From Dictyostelium discoideum (lineage: Eukaryota): DNA of 64,000 bases. This document shows, one piece after another, positions 1-14,568 of this stretch. Location: positions 5,248,001 through 5,312,000 of the forward strand of contig CM000151.3 in NCBI GenBank assembly GCA_000004695.1, in the 5' to 3' direction. The notes beneath the pieces are model-generated. The model was not told where the DNA came from, ran no database searches, and saw only the letters and a list, made by a program, of their open reading frames with translations. The first letter of the stretch is position 1. Every line of letters starts with the position of its first letter. A program made the position numbers and the translations under genes.

Positions 1-145
1 TTTGTTAAATTATTAGTTATTATAACTGTTGTTAAATATTTAATAGCCGTATTACTATTAAAGAGTTTAAAGAAGAACTTATGATTAAATTTTTAAACTT
101 ATAATTATCAATCACTTGGTCATTAATTTTGTAGGTTGTATTGAT

Positions 146-179
<34 letters not shown>

Positions 180-1448
180 TTCATAACCCACGTTTTAACT
201 TTATATTTTTTAATTAGCTATTAGATTTAGTAGTGCACTATACTCAATAAAATAATTTAAGATAAATAAAGGTTGTTTTTTTTAAAAAATAAAATAATAA
301 AAGGGTTGGTGAGAGGAGAGAGGACTTGGCTTCTAATGATTGCGTTTAGCTGAGGGGTTTTTGGTAGTGTCGATTTCACTTTGTCTCATACTGATTCAAT
401 TTTTTTAGGATTCAATCATTCAGTGATGGCTTCACTTATATGTGATTAGTGATTTATCGACAGGAAGTTTGTATACATGGTTAGTATACTATTTTTTAAT
501 TTTTGTTTTTCTTTTGTCGAGTTTTTTTTTTTATTTTTTTATTTTATTCGGTGGACGTGTTTTTTTAATGAGAGGATGATTGATTCTATTTCATATCATA
601 TCCAGACTCTGTGTTTATATTATTAACGGTGACACGCTCGTCTTTTGTCACTGTCTAATATACTATTCATATTAGACACATTTAAGGTTGATAATATTTT
701 TAACCAACGTCCACCACAAACCCCCTCCGCTATCAAAGATCATTGTTTGGTAAGTCTTAATATTTTTAATCGATGTATAACTAATACTTTTATGCACTGT
801 ACACACCATTCCTTTGTAAACTTCTCTCGCCACCCAATTTAATACTACTATTATAATCATTAATTAATTGTTTTTTTTTTAAACTTCAAATTTTATGGGA
901 ATCAAATGGAAATAGAATTTTAATTAAATCCTATCTTTTTTTAAAGTTTGAGAAAATTTTGTTAATCTTTTTTTTTTTTTTTATTTTATTTATTTTTTTC
1001 TCAACACCCATTCTTTGAAATATCATCTTATCAAATTTTTCACCCATTTTTTTTTTTTTTTTCCTTTCACAATTTTTAAAAAAAAAAAAAAAAAAAAAAA
1101 TGAAAGTATTATTTTTCACAACATATGAATAAATAGGAGAAAGAAAAAAAAGAAAAAAAATAAAAAAAATAAAAAAAAATAAAAAAGTCAATAAAAAAAA
1201 AATAAAAAAAAAAAATAAATCAAACAAATGATTATTTTCAAATAAATTATTTTATTTGTTTTTTGATTTTCATCACGCAATAGATATTTTTTTATTTTTT
1301 TTTTTTTTATTTTTTTTTTTTTATTTTATTTTTTTTTATTTTTTTAATATTTTCATTTTTTTTTGATCAAAATGGACTTTTTTTTTTTTTTTTTTTTTTT
1401 TATATAATATTAATCGACCGTTTGTTTTGATTTTTTAAATCTTCAAAA

Positions 1449-2533
1449 ATGTCTTTCACCACTGTCATCCAAAGTGTTGCCCTTTCAATCGGTCTTGGTA
1501 TTTTACTTAGATATGCAGCCCGTTTCGTTTTATTCTTATATGCCTACTTTGTTAGATCACCAATCAATATTAATAAATATGGTAGTTGGGTTGGTAAGTT
1601 TTATTTATATAAAAAAATAAATAAATAAAAAAAAAAAAAATACTAATTAATTGAAATTCAAATTTAAATAAATAATTAGTTGTAACTGGTGCAACTGATG
1701 GTATTGGTAAGGCTTATTGCCATGAATTTGCTAAAAAAAAATTAAATGTTGTTTTAGTTAGTAGAAGTTTAGATAAATTAAAAGAAGTAGCTTCAGAAAT
1801 TGGTAATTATTATTATTTATTATTTATTATTTTAATTTCTTTATACTAAATTTTTTTTTTTTTTTTTAATAAAATAGAAAATAAATTTAAAGTTCAAACT
1901 AAAGTTATTTCATTTGATTTTAATACAACTGATGATAGTAAATATCAAGAATTATTTAAACAATTATCAGGAATTGATATTGGTGTTTTAGTTAATAATG
2001 TTGGTATTTCATATGATCATCCAATGTATCTTGAAGAATTACAACCAGCATCAATTGAATCATTGATTAATTTAAATGTTAGAGCAGCAACTGTTTTATC
2101 AAAATTCATACTCACTTCAATGGTTGAAAAGAAGAGAGGTGCAATCATCAATTTAGCATCAGTCAGTGGTATCACTCCAATTCCATTACTCACAGTTTAC
2201 AGTGGTACAAAAGCATACATTGAAAAATTCTCATTGGCTCTTAATTTAGAGTATGCTTCAAAGGGTATTTTCGTTCAATGTGTCACCCCAGGTATTGTTT
2301 GTAGTAAAATGTCAAAGGTTCGTAAATCATCTCTCTTTGTTCCACAACCATCCAGTTTCGCTAGATCCGCTATTGCAACCATTGGTTATGATAGACTCAC
2401 CACTGGTTATTGGAGTCATGAAATTCAAGCTTTCTTCTTAAGAAGTTTACCATCTTTTGTCGTTGATAAAGTTATGTTTGATATGCATTTAGGTCAAAGA
2501 AAGAGAGCTCTTAATAAAAAGAAATCTCAATAA
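1449..2533 (+). CDS. Short-chain dehydrogenase/reductase, 17beta-HSD12 / very-long-chain 3-oxoacyl-CoA reductase-like; exons 1449..1593, 1680..1802, 1878..2533 (307 aa)
   Basis: An ATG follows an A-rich leader. GTAAGT and GTAATT donors and AT-rich ...AG acceptors restore the frame. The spliced product reads ...YGSWV|[41 protein letters not shown]..., which carries the TGxxxGIG Rossmann motif, a YSGTK-type catalytic region and the NNVG motif. Exon 3 coincides with track ORF 2024..2533. Confidence 0.8.
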
Positions 2534-2549
2534 ATAATTTAATAAATAA

Positions 2550-2587
<38 letters not shown>

Positions 2588-2734
2588 ATTTTTTATTTTA
2601 TTTATTTTGTATATATAATTTAGTAATTTTAAAAATAAAAATTGATGATTATTTAAATAATGAATTAAATTATATATACAAGGAAATTTATAAATTTTTT
2701 TTTTTTTTTATTTTTTAAAAAACTTATTTGAAAT

Positions 2735-3439
2735 TTATTTTCTTCTAATATTTGGTAGATTATTCTTTAATAAAGAGTTAAAATAAAATGATAACCTATT
2801 TTTGATAAATTTTAAAAAATTATTAATTTTATAAAAGAAAAGTGAAAATGGAAAAAGGAATAGATTATCAATCAAAGTTGATGTTTTATTTTTTGGAAAA
2901 GATTGGTATTCAATTAATTGGATATTTAATTTTAAATCATTGCAACTTTGGGAAACTTCAAAAATTTGTTGATAAATAAAGTCAAAAATTGGTTTAAAAA
3001 TACTTAATTTCTCTGGTAAATCTTCATTCTCCAATTCTAATAAAATTAGTTTATAATTAAAAATTCCTTTTTCATTTTCTTCATCTCCTTCTTCTTCCTC
3101 TTCCTCTTCTTCTAAAATTGGGTCGTTTATATAATTATTAATATCGTCTTTAATTATTTGAAATGTACATTTTTGTTTTTCAAGTTCAACAATAAAATTT
3201 AATAAGAAATCTTTCAACTCTTTTAAATCATTATTTATCCTTTTTCTATATTTACACCTTTTATTATAATTATTAATTTTGCAATTACAACATTTATTTA
3301 AATAATTTTTATTAAAAATATTTTCATTAGTTATATTATTATTATTATTATTATTATTTAAATTTGGTAGTTGATTTGCTAGTAGATTAATTGGTGGTAA
3401 ACTAGTTGTTAATGGTGGTGAAAAACCGTTTTCACTCAT
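2735..3439 (-). CDS. Hypothetical Asn/Glu-rich protein with a Cys/basic cluster (CCNCKINNYNKRCKYRKR), 234 aa, apparently single exon
   Basis: Track ORF of 234 aa with an ATG preceded by an A-rich tract. It contains poly-N and poly-E low complexity and no recognisable domain. Confidence 0.4.
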   Translation of the reverse strand: MSENGFSPPLTTSLPPINLLANQLPNLNNNNNNNNITNENIFNKNYLNKCCNCKINNYNKRCKYRKRINNDLKELKDFLLNFIVELEKQKCTFQIIKDDINNYINDPILEEEEEEEEGDEENEKGIFNYKLILLELENEDLPEKLSIFKPIFDFIYQQIFEVSQSCNDLKLNIQLIEYQSFPKNKTSTLIDNLFLFPFSLFFYKINNFLKFIKNRLSFYFNSLLKNNLPNIRRK

Positions 3440-5242
3440 TTTTTATTGGTTATAATTATTATTATAATAAATAATTTGGCAACATTTAAAAAAAAAAAAA
3501 AAATATAATAAAAAAAAAAAAAAAAAAAAAAGTACCACCACTACGAAATTGTACTACAAAATAAATTAAAATAATGTGTTCTACCAGTTAATTAATCATG
3601 TTTTGAGATAAACCAAAAATTGTTTTTTTTTTTTTTTTTTCAGATGTGATATCTAAACACCCCTCATTTGAATTAATCCAATCATTTTTTTTTTATTTTT
3701 TTATTTTTTTATTTTTTTTTTTTAATATATTTTATTTTCCTATTATAAATTTGGTAGATTTTAAATTTGGTGGGATCTTTTGAATTCAGTTGACTATTAT
3801 TTTTTATTTTTTTATTTTTTTATTTTTTTTTTTTTTTTTTCAAAAAAAGGTATTTCAATGTGTGTTAATATTGTTGTTTGAAATTTTATTACACTGGTAG
3901 AGGGTATAAAAATAGAAAAATGAAAATTTTGTCCCATTGGGAAAATAAAAAAAATAAAAAAAAAAATCATTTAATTTTAATGGGTGGCTTTTTTTTAAAA
4001 AAAAAAATTAAGATTATTTTTAAAAGTTTTCAAATTGTTTTATTTTTTTTATTTTTTTTATTTTTAATTTTTTTTTATTTTTTAAAATTTTATTTTCTTT
4101 ATTTTTTAGAATAATTCATGTTAGATATTTGTAAAGAGATATCCATAGATTTGTAAGTTTAGAATATTGGAAAATAAAAAAAAAAAAAAAATAAAAAAAA
4201 AATAAAAAAAAATAAAACTTTTTATTCTATTTTTTTTTTTCTTTTTTTAATAATGTTTCAAGATTAAATTATATTCGAGTAGTAAACAAACAAAAAAAAA
4301 AATAATAAAAAAAAATAGTATTTTTATTTAATATTCTCACAACCACTTGTATTCACTTTCCCACAATTGTTGACAAAAAAAAAAAAAAAAAAACATTAAA
4401 TTATTCAACTTTTTCCCCACACATTGCATGAAAAATTAATAGATTTTTTTTTTTTTGTGAAAATATTTGTTTTATTTTTAATTCAAAACACTGTGGTGTG
4501 GGGTGGTATAAAAAAAAGAAATGAAAAAAATAATAATAAAAACAAATAATTTTCACAGTAATATTACTTTTTTTATGTAAAATTGTGAAGTCAATTATTA
4601 AAATGGGGTGTTTTTGAAGTAAAAGATAATTATTCAAAACTTAATTAAACATAATAACACATATTAAAGAAATATTTTCATTAATTTAGTTAAAATTATT
4701 TGTAAAAATAAATAAAATAAAAGCGATGGGTGGGTTCTTAATCACATAACAACATTATATAATTATATTACTATTTTTATCTATTTATTATTTATTTATT
4801 TTTATTTTTTTTTGTAAAAAATGAGAAAAATAAATGCAGTGAATGTGTTGATTAGAAAAAAAAACAAAAAAAAAAAAAAAAAAAAAAATAAAAATAAAGC
4901 ACTATATTTAAAAAATAAATAAATAAATAAATAAAATAATATCAAATTAATTAATTCTTTTTTTAAAATTATTTTTTCTCTTTTTTTAAACACTCAACTC
5001 AAATCCAAAATCTCCTTTTTTATTTTTTTTTTTTTTAAATTTTAAATTTTAACTAAATATATTAATTTTAATAAAATAATTTTTTTTTTTTTTTTTTTTT
5101 TTATTTTAAAAAATAATAATTAAAAAGACTACAAATAATATAATTTTTTTTTTTAGTTTTTTTTTTTTTTTTTTTTTGTAACATTAAATTTTCAAAATAC
5201 TTTTTTTTTTAAAATATAAATATAAATATAAATATATAATAA

Positions 5243-6548
<1,306 letters not shown>

Positions 6549-6753
6549 TTTTTTTATTTTAATATATTGTCATCTTTCTTTTTTTTTTTTTTTAATTTCT
6601 TTTTTTTAATTAATATAATAATAGTTTAATAATAATAATAGTTTAATAATAACAATAACAATAATAATAACAATAATAAATAGTAATAAATAGTAGTATC
6701 AAAAAAAAAAAAATAATAATAATAGCAAGATTTAACACCTTTTTTAGTAATAG

Positions 6754-6811
<58 letters not shown>

Positions 6812-7225
6812 ATCACATACACTACAAATAAATAAATAATCAACATGTATAAATAATTTAATAGATTTAAAATAATAATCATCTTTTCATAACCCCAAAC
6901 CCACAAAAATTATTTTTAAAAGGTAGAATTTGATGGTTTTATTATTTTTTACAACAATATACAAAAATAGTTTGATTTTATTTAGTTGCAAGTGAAAATT
7001 TATAATAGTTAGATGACATTCAAAAAACCCCTCTAGTATCAATACAGATTTAGTAACATCAAATTTTAATTAATATAATAATAGTTTATTATAATAACAA
7101 AAATAAAAAACAAATTTTTTTTATTAAAAAAAAAAGGAATGGAGGGATAAAGGAAAGAAGAAAAAAAAAAACAATTTTATATAGATTTAATTTTTTTTTA
7201 ATTGTTTAACTTTTTTTATTTTTTG

Positions 7226-7266
<41 letters not shown>

Positions 7267-7591
7267 GTAGTACATATGTTTTTAAATTTTAATAATTCAT
7301 CATTTGAAAAAACACAGGTTTTATTGTCAAATAACCTCTTATATTTGTAAAAAAAAACAAAAATAATAGATTTAAATTATTTTAAAACTGTTTTTATTTT
7401 TTTTTAATTTTTTTCTTTTTTTTTTAATTTAAAATTATAGTGTTAAGTGGGTTAATTTATTTTGGTAGTATCATTTTTATTTTAATTTAATTGATGGAGG
7501 TTGTCTCTCAATGTGATGTCAATATGAAAAGTAAAAAAATAAAATGGGAAAACAAAAATAATGCATAGATTTTTAAATTTACAAATCAATA

Positions 7592-7639
<48 letters not shown>

Positions 7640-7843
7640 AAATCACATCTAAATGGAAATATAAATAAAACTCCAAATTTTATAATAAAAAAACATTTTT
7701 AAAAAAAGCGATTAAAATTTGTTGGCCAATTATTTTATTGTAAAGATATTAAAAGTGTTCTCGTTTTTATTCCAGACTTAGACTCTTAATTTTAAAATGT
7801 TTAAACAGTACTCCTATTATTAAGGTGGTTATATGTTTTTTGT

Positions 7844-7879
<36 letters not shown>

Positions 7880-8487
7880 CAAAAACAAAAACAAAAACAA
7901 AAACAAAAACAAAAACAAAAAACAAAACAATTTTAAAAATAAAAAAAAGAATGATATAAAATAATTTAAATAAATTAAAAGCTTTTTGTTGAAATTGAGC
8001 ATTAATAGTAATAATTTTAAGTTTAATAAAATTTAAGTTTTTTTTTTGTACATAAATGATATAATGAATATAATAAAATATAAATTTGGATGTGACTATA
8101 ATTAAATTATAGATTATTTTTTTAAAATCATCTAATATGTGGGTTAAATAATAAATTTTTTTTAAAAAGACAATTTATTAAAACTACAAATTTCAACTGA
8201 TTATTAAAAACTATTTTAATTTATCCACATAAAATTAAATAACTACGATTATTTTATTTTGTATGTACTTATTTTATAAATAATTATAAAAAAAATAGTA
8301 ATTTTCAAAAATAATTCCACATCATTTTAAAAGTATAAATTTAATTTTTTTTTTTTTTTTTTTTATAGAAACAAAAATAAAATTAAAATTAAAATTAAAA
8401 ACAAAAAAATAAAACTTAAAAACTATAAAATTAAAAACAATTAAACCTTTCAAAAAATAATTTAATAATTTTATTACTAATTAATTA

Positions 8488-8524
<37 letters not shown>

Positions 8525-8631
8525 ATTGCTTGTTTCTTTTTTTTTTTTAAAATACCTTTACAAAAATTACCTACCATTAGATACTTGCTGTTGGATTTTT
8601 TTCTTCTTTATTTTCTCTTCTTTTTTTAAAA

Positions 8632-9052
8632 ATGTCTAAATTATTATTTTCTCTCTTCTTGATTTTTTCTATTATTAGTGTTACTTTTGGTGTAAGGGCT
8701 CTTTAATTTCTTTTAGAGAATATTTTTTTAATTTCTTTGATTTTATTAATTAGTTATTAATTTTTTATTCTTATTATTTTTATTAAAGAATATAGCTGTA
8801 CCTCATATCCCAATGAATATTCCAGATAGAAATTCAAAAAATGAGAATGTTCCAAACAATTTGGTATATAAACAAACATACTATGCTCCACCAAACGTTC
8901 AAACACCATCAAAATTACCAATTTCAAATCAGCCTCCACAAACTCAATCACCACAAACTCAGTCACCACACGTTAACACTAATCCAACTTACCAATCAAC
9001 AACCAAACCACAAAATGATAATAATAATAATAATTACAATAATAACAATAGC

Positions 9053-9146
<94 letters not shown>

Positions 9147-9604
9147 TTAAAAATAATAATAATAAAAATAATAATGAAGTATATAATAATTTAAGAGCCT
9201 CCAATTCTAATACATATACCCCAAATAAACCAGTAATGGTAACAAAAACTTTTTCCAATGAAACACCAATTAGACAAACACCCCAACCAACACCAAGTCT
9301 TCCAATAACAAGAGAAACAATTACCAGAGAATCAATCACAAGAGAACCAATTACTAGAGAACCAGCTACCAGGGAATTAATTACAAATGAACCACAAAAT
9401 CAACCAACAAATAGACCACAAAATTATAGTGATAATAATATCCAAGAACGTCAAGCATCGCCAAGAGTTTACCAAACTGAACAACCAAAATCATCAGCCA
9501 ATACTACTCCTGCATTTTCTAATACTCCTTCAAATTCCCAATTTTCAAAATCAAACTCTCAAATTTCTTCCCAAACCCCAGCCCTTTCCAAACCTTCAAA
9601 TTGA
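8632..9604 (+). CDS. Secreted Asn/Gln/Thr/Pro-rich low-complexity protein with 5x 'ITRE' repeats; exons 8632..8691 and 8789..9604
   Basis: Exon 1 encodes a 20-aa hydrophobic signal peptide (MSKLLFSLFLIFSIISVTFG). A GTAAGG donor and a ...tattaaAG acceptor give a 97-nt intron in phase 0. Exon 2 corresponds to track ORF 8813..9604 and carries a (AAT)n-encoded poly-N run. Confidence 0.6.
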
Positions 9605-10635
9605 TTTTTTTATTTCGATTAAATAAACAAATGTATTTTAATTCTTTAATATAATTTCTTTTTTTTTCCATTTTCTTTTTTTTAATTTTTTTTTTTTTTT
9701 AATTTTTTTTTTTAAATGTTTTTTTTTTTTTTTTTTTTTCTTTATAACAAATAAAAATAATAATTAATATCAAATATTATTGAATGTCAAATTTTGATGA
9801 TAAAATATTTAATAATAAAATAATAAATCAACTTACAGATCTAGACACTTAGGAATTAATAAAAGAAATAAAATAAAATAAAAATAAATAAATAAAAACA
9901 AAAAAGCTTTTAAAAATAAAGAAAAATAATAAAAGATAAAAAAAATCCATCCTTATGATTTACTGTTTCTTTAAGTACGGTTTTCCAATTCACAATTTAA
10001 GAAGGTGAAATATATTTGAGTTGGTTAATTTGTTTAAAAAAAAATCAAAATGGAAAATTGAATTTAATAAAAAAAAAATAAAAAAATAAAAAAATAAATT
10101 AAAAACAATTGTAAAAATAAAAAGTAAATAAATAAATAAAAAAACCACCACATCCACACTTTAAAATGTAAAATAATCCAAGAATCCCTCTAAAATCTTT
10201 AAGATTTAAAAATTAAATCATTTTTAATGTAACCCAAACCTAATAAGCTTTTTTCATAATTTCTTTTTTTTATATTTTTAAAAAATAAGATCATAACCTT
10301 CATATATATTTAAATATAAAACCTCGATCGTTTTAATAAAAATTTTTATATTTGAATTATCATTTTTATCCAAAAGGAGATTTATCAACTTCATTTTTTT
10401 TTTTTGGTTTTAAAAATATGAAAAAGATTTAAGAGAATTTTAAAAAAAGACTTTTTTTAAATTGATAAATCGGAAGACATCGTCCAATTGAACAGTTTTC
10501 TGCTAATTATCAATAATGTTGGGAATAAGGATCATTTTGTTCCAAATCAATTAATTTCTTCTATTCATTTCATGCCGGTATCCATATATAAACCCTTTGT
10601 TAAAATAATTGGGATCCTTCATCTTTTCCTGTTTT

Positions 10636-10682
<47 letters not shown>

Positions 10683-12667
10683 AAAATTGGGAAAAGTAAT
10701 TTAAAAAGATAAAAATAATAAAAGTAACAAACTTGGTCAATTTCATAAAAAAGAAAAGAAAAATCCGAGATAAAAAAAAAAAAAAAACAAAACTGTAAAC
10801 AAAACTGTTAGTAAGTATTTTAAAAATCCCAATGTTTGAGAATAAAAAAAAAGAAACTAAAAGTTTATTGATTATTATAATAATCCGAAAATGGAAAGAT
10901 AGATGCCTTAAAAAAATAAAACTTTATCAAGATAGATTTAAAAATTTGTAAACAATACTTCCCATTAGATAATACCTTTATGATAATTAATTCAAAATTT
11001 ACATCATTTTTTTTTTTATTTTTATTTTTTTTTTTATTTTTTTTATTTTTTTTTTTATTATAATAAAAAAAAAAAAAAAATAAAAAAAAGAAAGAAAAGA
11101 AAAGAAAAGAAGAGAGAGAAAATTAAAAGAGTTTTAATATTAAAAAAAAAATTAAAATTTGATAATCAAAAAAAATATAAAATTAAATAAATAATAATAA
11201 CAAGAAGAAAAAAAAAATGTATTTATAATAAAAAAAGAATATGAGAAAAAAAAAAAATTATTATTAAAATAAAAATAAAAATTAAAACAATTATAATTTT
11301 CTGAATTTAATTATAATTAATTTTAAAAGATTTGTAACTTATCTATTATCAATCTCCTAAAAAAAAAAAAAAAAAAAATTAAAAACATAAATATAAATGT
11401 ATAAAAATGGGTGTTTAAAATTAAAAAAAAAAAAAAAATTTTTTAAACCTTTCAAAAGTCATATGGGAAACCCATTCAAATAATTATAAATAATATCACA
11501 AGTACAATTTATTTATATTTTTGATTAATTGTTAATATTTATGTTGTTTTTTTTTTTTTTTTTAGTAAATAAATTTACTAATAAAACTGGTAATTGAAAT
11601 TTTTATATTTATGTATAAACTTTAATTTCTTTTTTATCCTAAACATATTTTTTTAAAAAAAAAATAATAATAAAAAAGAAAAATAAAATCTTTGAGAAAT
11701 TATAATAAAAGTATAAGTAATTTTTTTTTTTTTTTTGTGGTAAAACAAAACTATTATAAAATATTATATTTTTAAAACAAACAACAACAATATAAATGAG
11801 ATCAATAAATATAAAATTATTTTTTCAAATAAAATCAGGAAGTTAATTGTAATAAATAACAATAAAATAAAAAAATAAACTTTTTACCCCTTTTTTTTTT
11901 ATAAGGTAGTTATTAAAAAAAAAAAAATTACATGATTATTTATTATTATATTTATATAATTTTTAATTAATCAAAAAATAAAAATATAATGTGATTATAA
12001 AAAAAAACTGAAAAATTATTATTATAATGAATCGTTGATTTGAATAAGTAAAATTATATATTACCAAAAATAGTTGTTGTTAAATAATTTTTTATTTTAA
12101 AAATCTCGATTATTATGAAATGGTTTTTTTTTTTTTTATAACCTTTTTTATCTGTATGTATCAACAAATGTTATCAATTACCTATTGTTTATCTAATTGA
12201 TTGCATTGTTATACCTTTTGATTTTTACTATAATAAAGATAGATTTATAAAATAAAATACTTATTCCCTTAAAAACACTTTATTTAACCCCACATAAAAA
12301 TTTAATATGTCCACAATTTTAATTTTTATACTTTTATACAATAAACAAATTAGTGTTCAGATAATTTTTCGATTATAATAATATATGATTGGATACATTT
12401 TTTGTTTTTTTTATAATTTATTATTTATCATAATGATTTAGTATTACAATAAATATTTTTTTTAAAAATAAAAAAATTAAAATTATTAATCCAAGTTTTT
12501 AAATATAAATTCAAGTCTAAAAAAAAAATTTTAATCATTAACAAATTCAATTCAATAATTTAACAAATCAAAATATCTTCAAATATTTTTAAATATAAGA
12601 TTACATTTATAACATTACATTTTATAACATTATATAAATAATCTAAAAAAAAAAAAAAAAAAAAAAA

Positions 12668-14157
12668 ATGAGATTATTAGTTTTATTCCTTTTATTAACT
12701 CTAACTTTTTCAAATTTAATTGTAAGTTTTAATATTAAATTCTAAAATAAAAATTAAATTATAAAATTATTAACATTTTTAATTAGAATGCAGATAATTC
12801 AAAATCATCTTCATTGGAATCATCAAATGCACATGATTTATCATCTCCATCACCCTTAATTCAACCAAAACCTTCTGAAAATCAAGCAGGTATTCCAGCA
12901 TCTGGAAAACCAATTGATCCCAAAAAGGAAGTTGTAACTCTATCATCTTCTCCTTCAGTTTCACCAAGCTCTTCTCCAAGCTCATCACCATCATCCTCAC
13001 CATCTGTCTCCCCAAGCTCTTCACCTTCATCATCACCAAGTTCTTCCCCAAGTTCTTCACCAAGTTCTTCTCCTTCATCCTTACCATCTTCTTCACCATC
13101 AGTCCAACCAAGCTCTTCACCAAGTTCTTCACCTTCATCTTCACCATCAGCTCAACCAAGTTCCTCACCATCTTCTTCACAATCAGTCCAACCAAGCTCC
13201 TCCCCAAGCTCCTCACCATCCACCACCCCAAGTTCACCAAGTGAAACTCATTCATCATCATCCCATTCACAAGATTCTTCAGCACCAAGAGGTGTAGGAA
13301 AAATGGTAGTCCCAGCTGATAACAAAGAAACTGGATCATCATCATCAAATTCACAAGATTCATCTGCATCATCTTCTCAAGCTCCATCATCTTCATCATC
13401 TCATGGTTCATCTGAATCTTCTGCTCAAGGATCATCAGAACAAAATTCATCAGAACAAAATGGCTCTAAAAAATTGGTAGTCCCAGCCAGTGATAACAAA
13501 GAAGTTTCATCATCACATGGTTCATCTGCATCATCACAAGCACCATCATCTTCACATAGTTCTTCAGAATCTTCCCCAAATACTGCTTCTTCACATGAAT
13601 CTTCCCATGATGTATCATCCAATAATCCATCTTCAGAATCATCAGAAAATACTGCTTCTTTACATGCCTCTTCTCATGATTCTTCTTCTCATGCCTCTTC
13701 TCATGATGCTGCTTCTCACGCCTCTTCTCATGATGCTGCTTCTCATGCCTCTGCTCATGATGCTTCTTCACATGCCTCTTCTCATGATGCTGCTTCTCAC
13801 GCCTCTTCTCATGATGCTTCTTCACATGCCTCTTCTTCACATGATTCAAAAGCACCAAATGGAATTGGAAAATTAGTAGTCCCAGCTGATAACAAACAAA
13901 CTGGCTCGCACTCATCCAATTCTCAATCTGAAGAAAACTCAAAGGATAATTCATCAAATTCACAAGATTCATCAGCATCATCTTCTCAAGCACCATCATC
14001 TTCAAATTCTCATAGTTCATCTGAACCATCAACCAACAAAACCATTGAATCAAATGAAGACAAGAAATCTTCATCATCTCAAGCTGGTTCTCACACCTCC
14101 TCTTTATCAGAAAAATCACCAGCATTTCACCAATCTAGTTCCTCATCCAAACAATAG
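12668..14157 (+). CDS. Secreted serine-rich mucin-like protein with (SSSP)n, 3x GKLVVPADNK and (HASSHDAAS)n repeats; exons 12668..12721 and 12787..14157
   Basis: An 18-aa signal peptide (MRLLVLFLLLTLTFSNLI) is followed by a GTAAGT donor and a 65-nt intron with a ttaattAG acceptor. The long ORF is about 45% Ser. The antisense ORFs in the track are artefacts of the repeats. Confidence 0.6.
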
Positions 14158-14308
14158 ATGAATTTTTATTGTTATTTTTTATTTTAGAACCTTTTTGTAA
14201 ATAGCTTTTTCTTCAATTTTTTCCCCACTAATCAATTATTAATAATTAATTATTTAGTGAAATAAAATTTTTAAATTCATCCAAAAATTATTTATAATTT
14301 TATTATTA

Positions 14309-14371
<63 letters not shown>

Positions 14372-14568
14372 TGGTATTATTATTATTAGTATTATTATTC
14401 TAATCAATAATATTATCAATAATAATATTATAATTATATATTTTTTTTTTTTTTTTTTTTAATTTTAATAAATAATTTGTTTATTTTTATTTTTTTTTAT
14501 TTTTTTATTTTTTTTTATTTATTTCTTTTAAATGATTTTACAATTTTAATATTATATTTTAAAAAAGA

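Noticed and set aside
931-1227. Poly-Phe/poly-Lys ORFs such as 931..1227, 4802..4993, 6643..6906, 32713..32907 and 38989..39237 (in part)
   Set aside because: Translations of poly(A)/poly(T) intergenic tracts with no coding signal.
12779-14125. Three long ORFs overlapping the Ser-rich gene (12779..13450 -, 13466..14125 -, 13490..13876 +) with M/K/H/L-rich periodic translations
   Set aside because: They are alternative-frame or antisense readings of the (TCA/TCT/CCA)n-type coding repeats. They have no start context, extreme periodic composition, and fully overlap a gene that has a signal peptide and intron.
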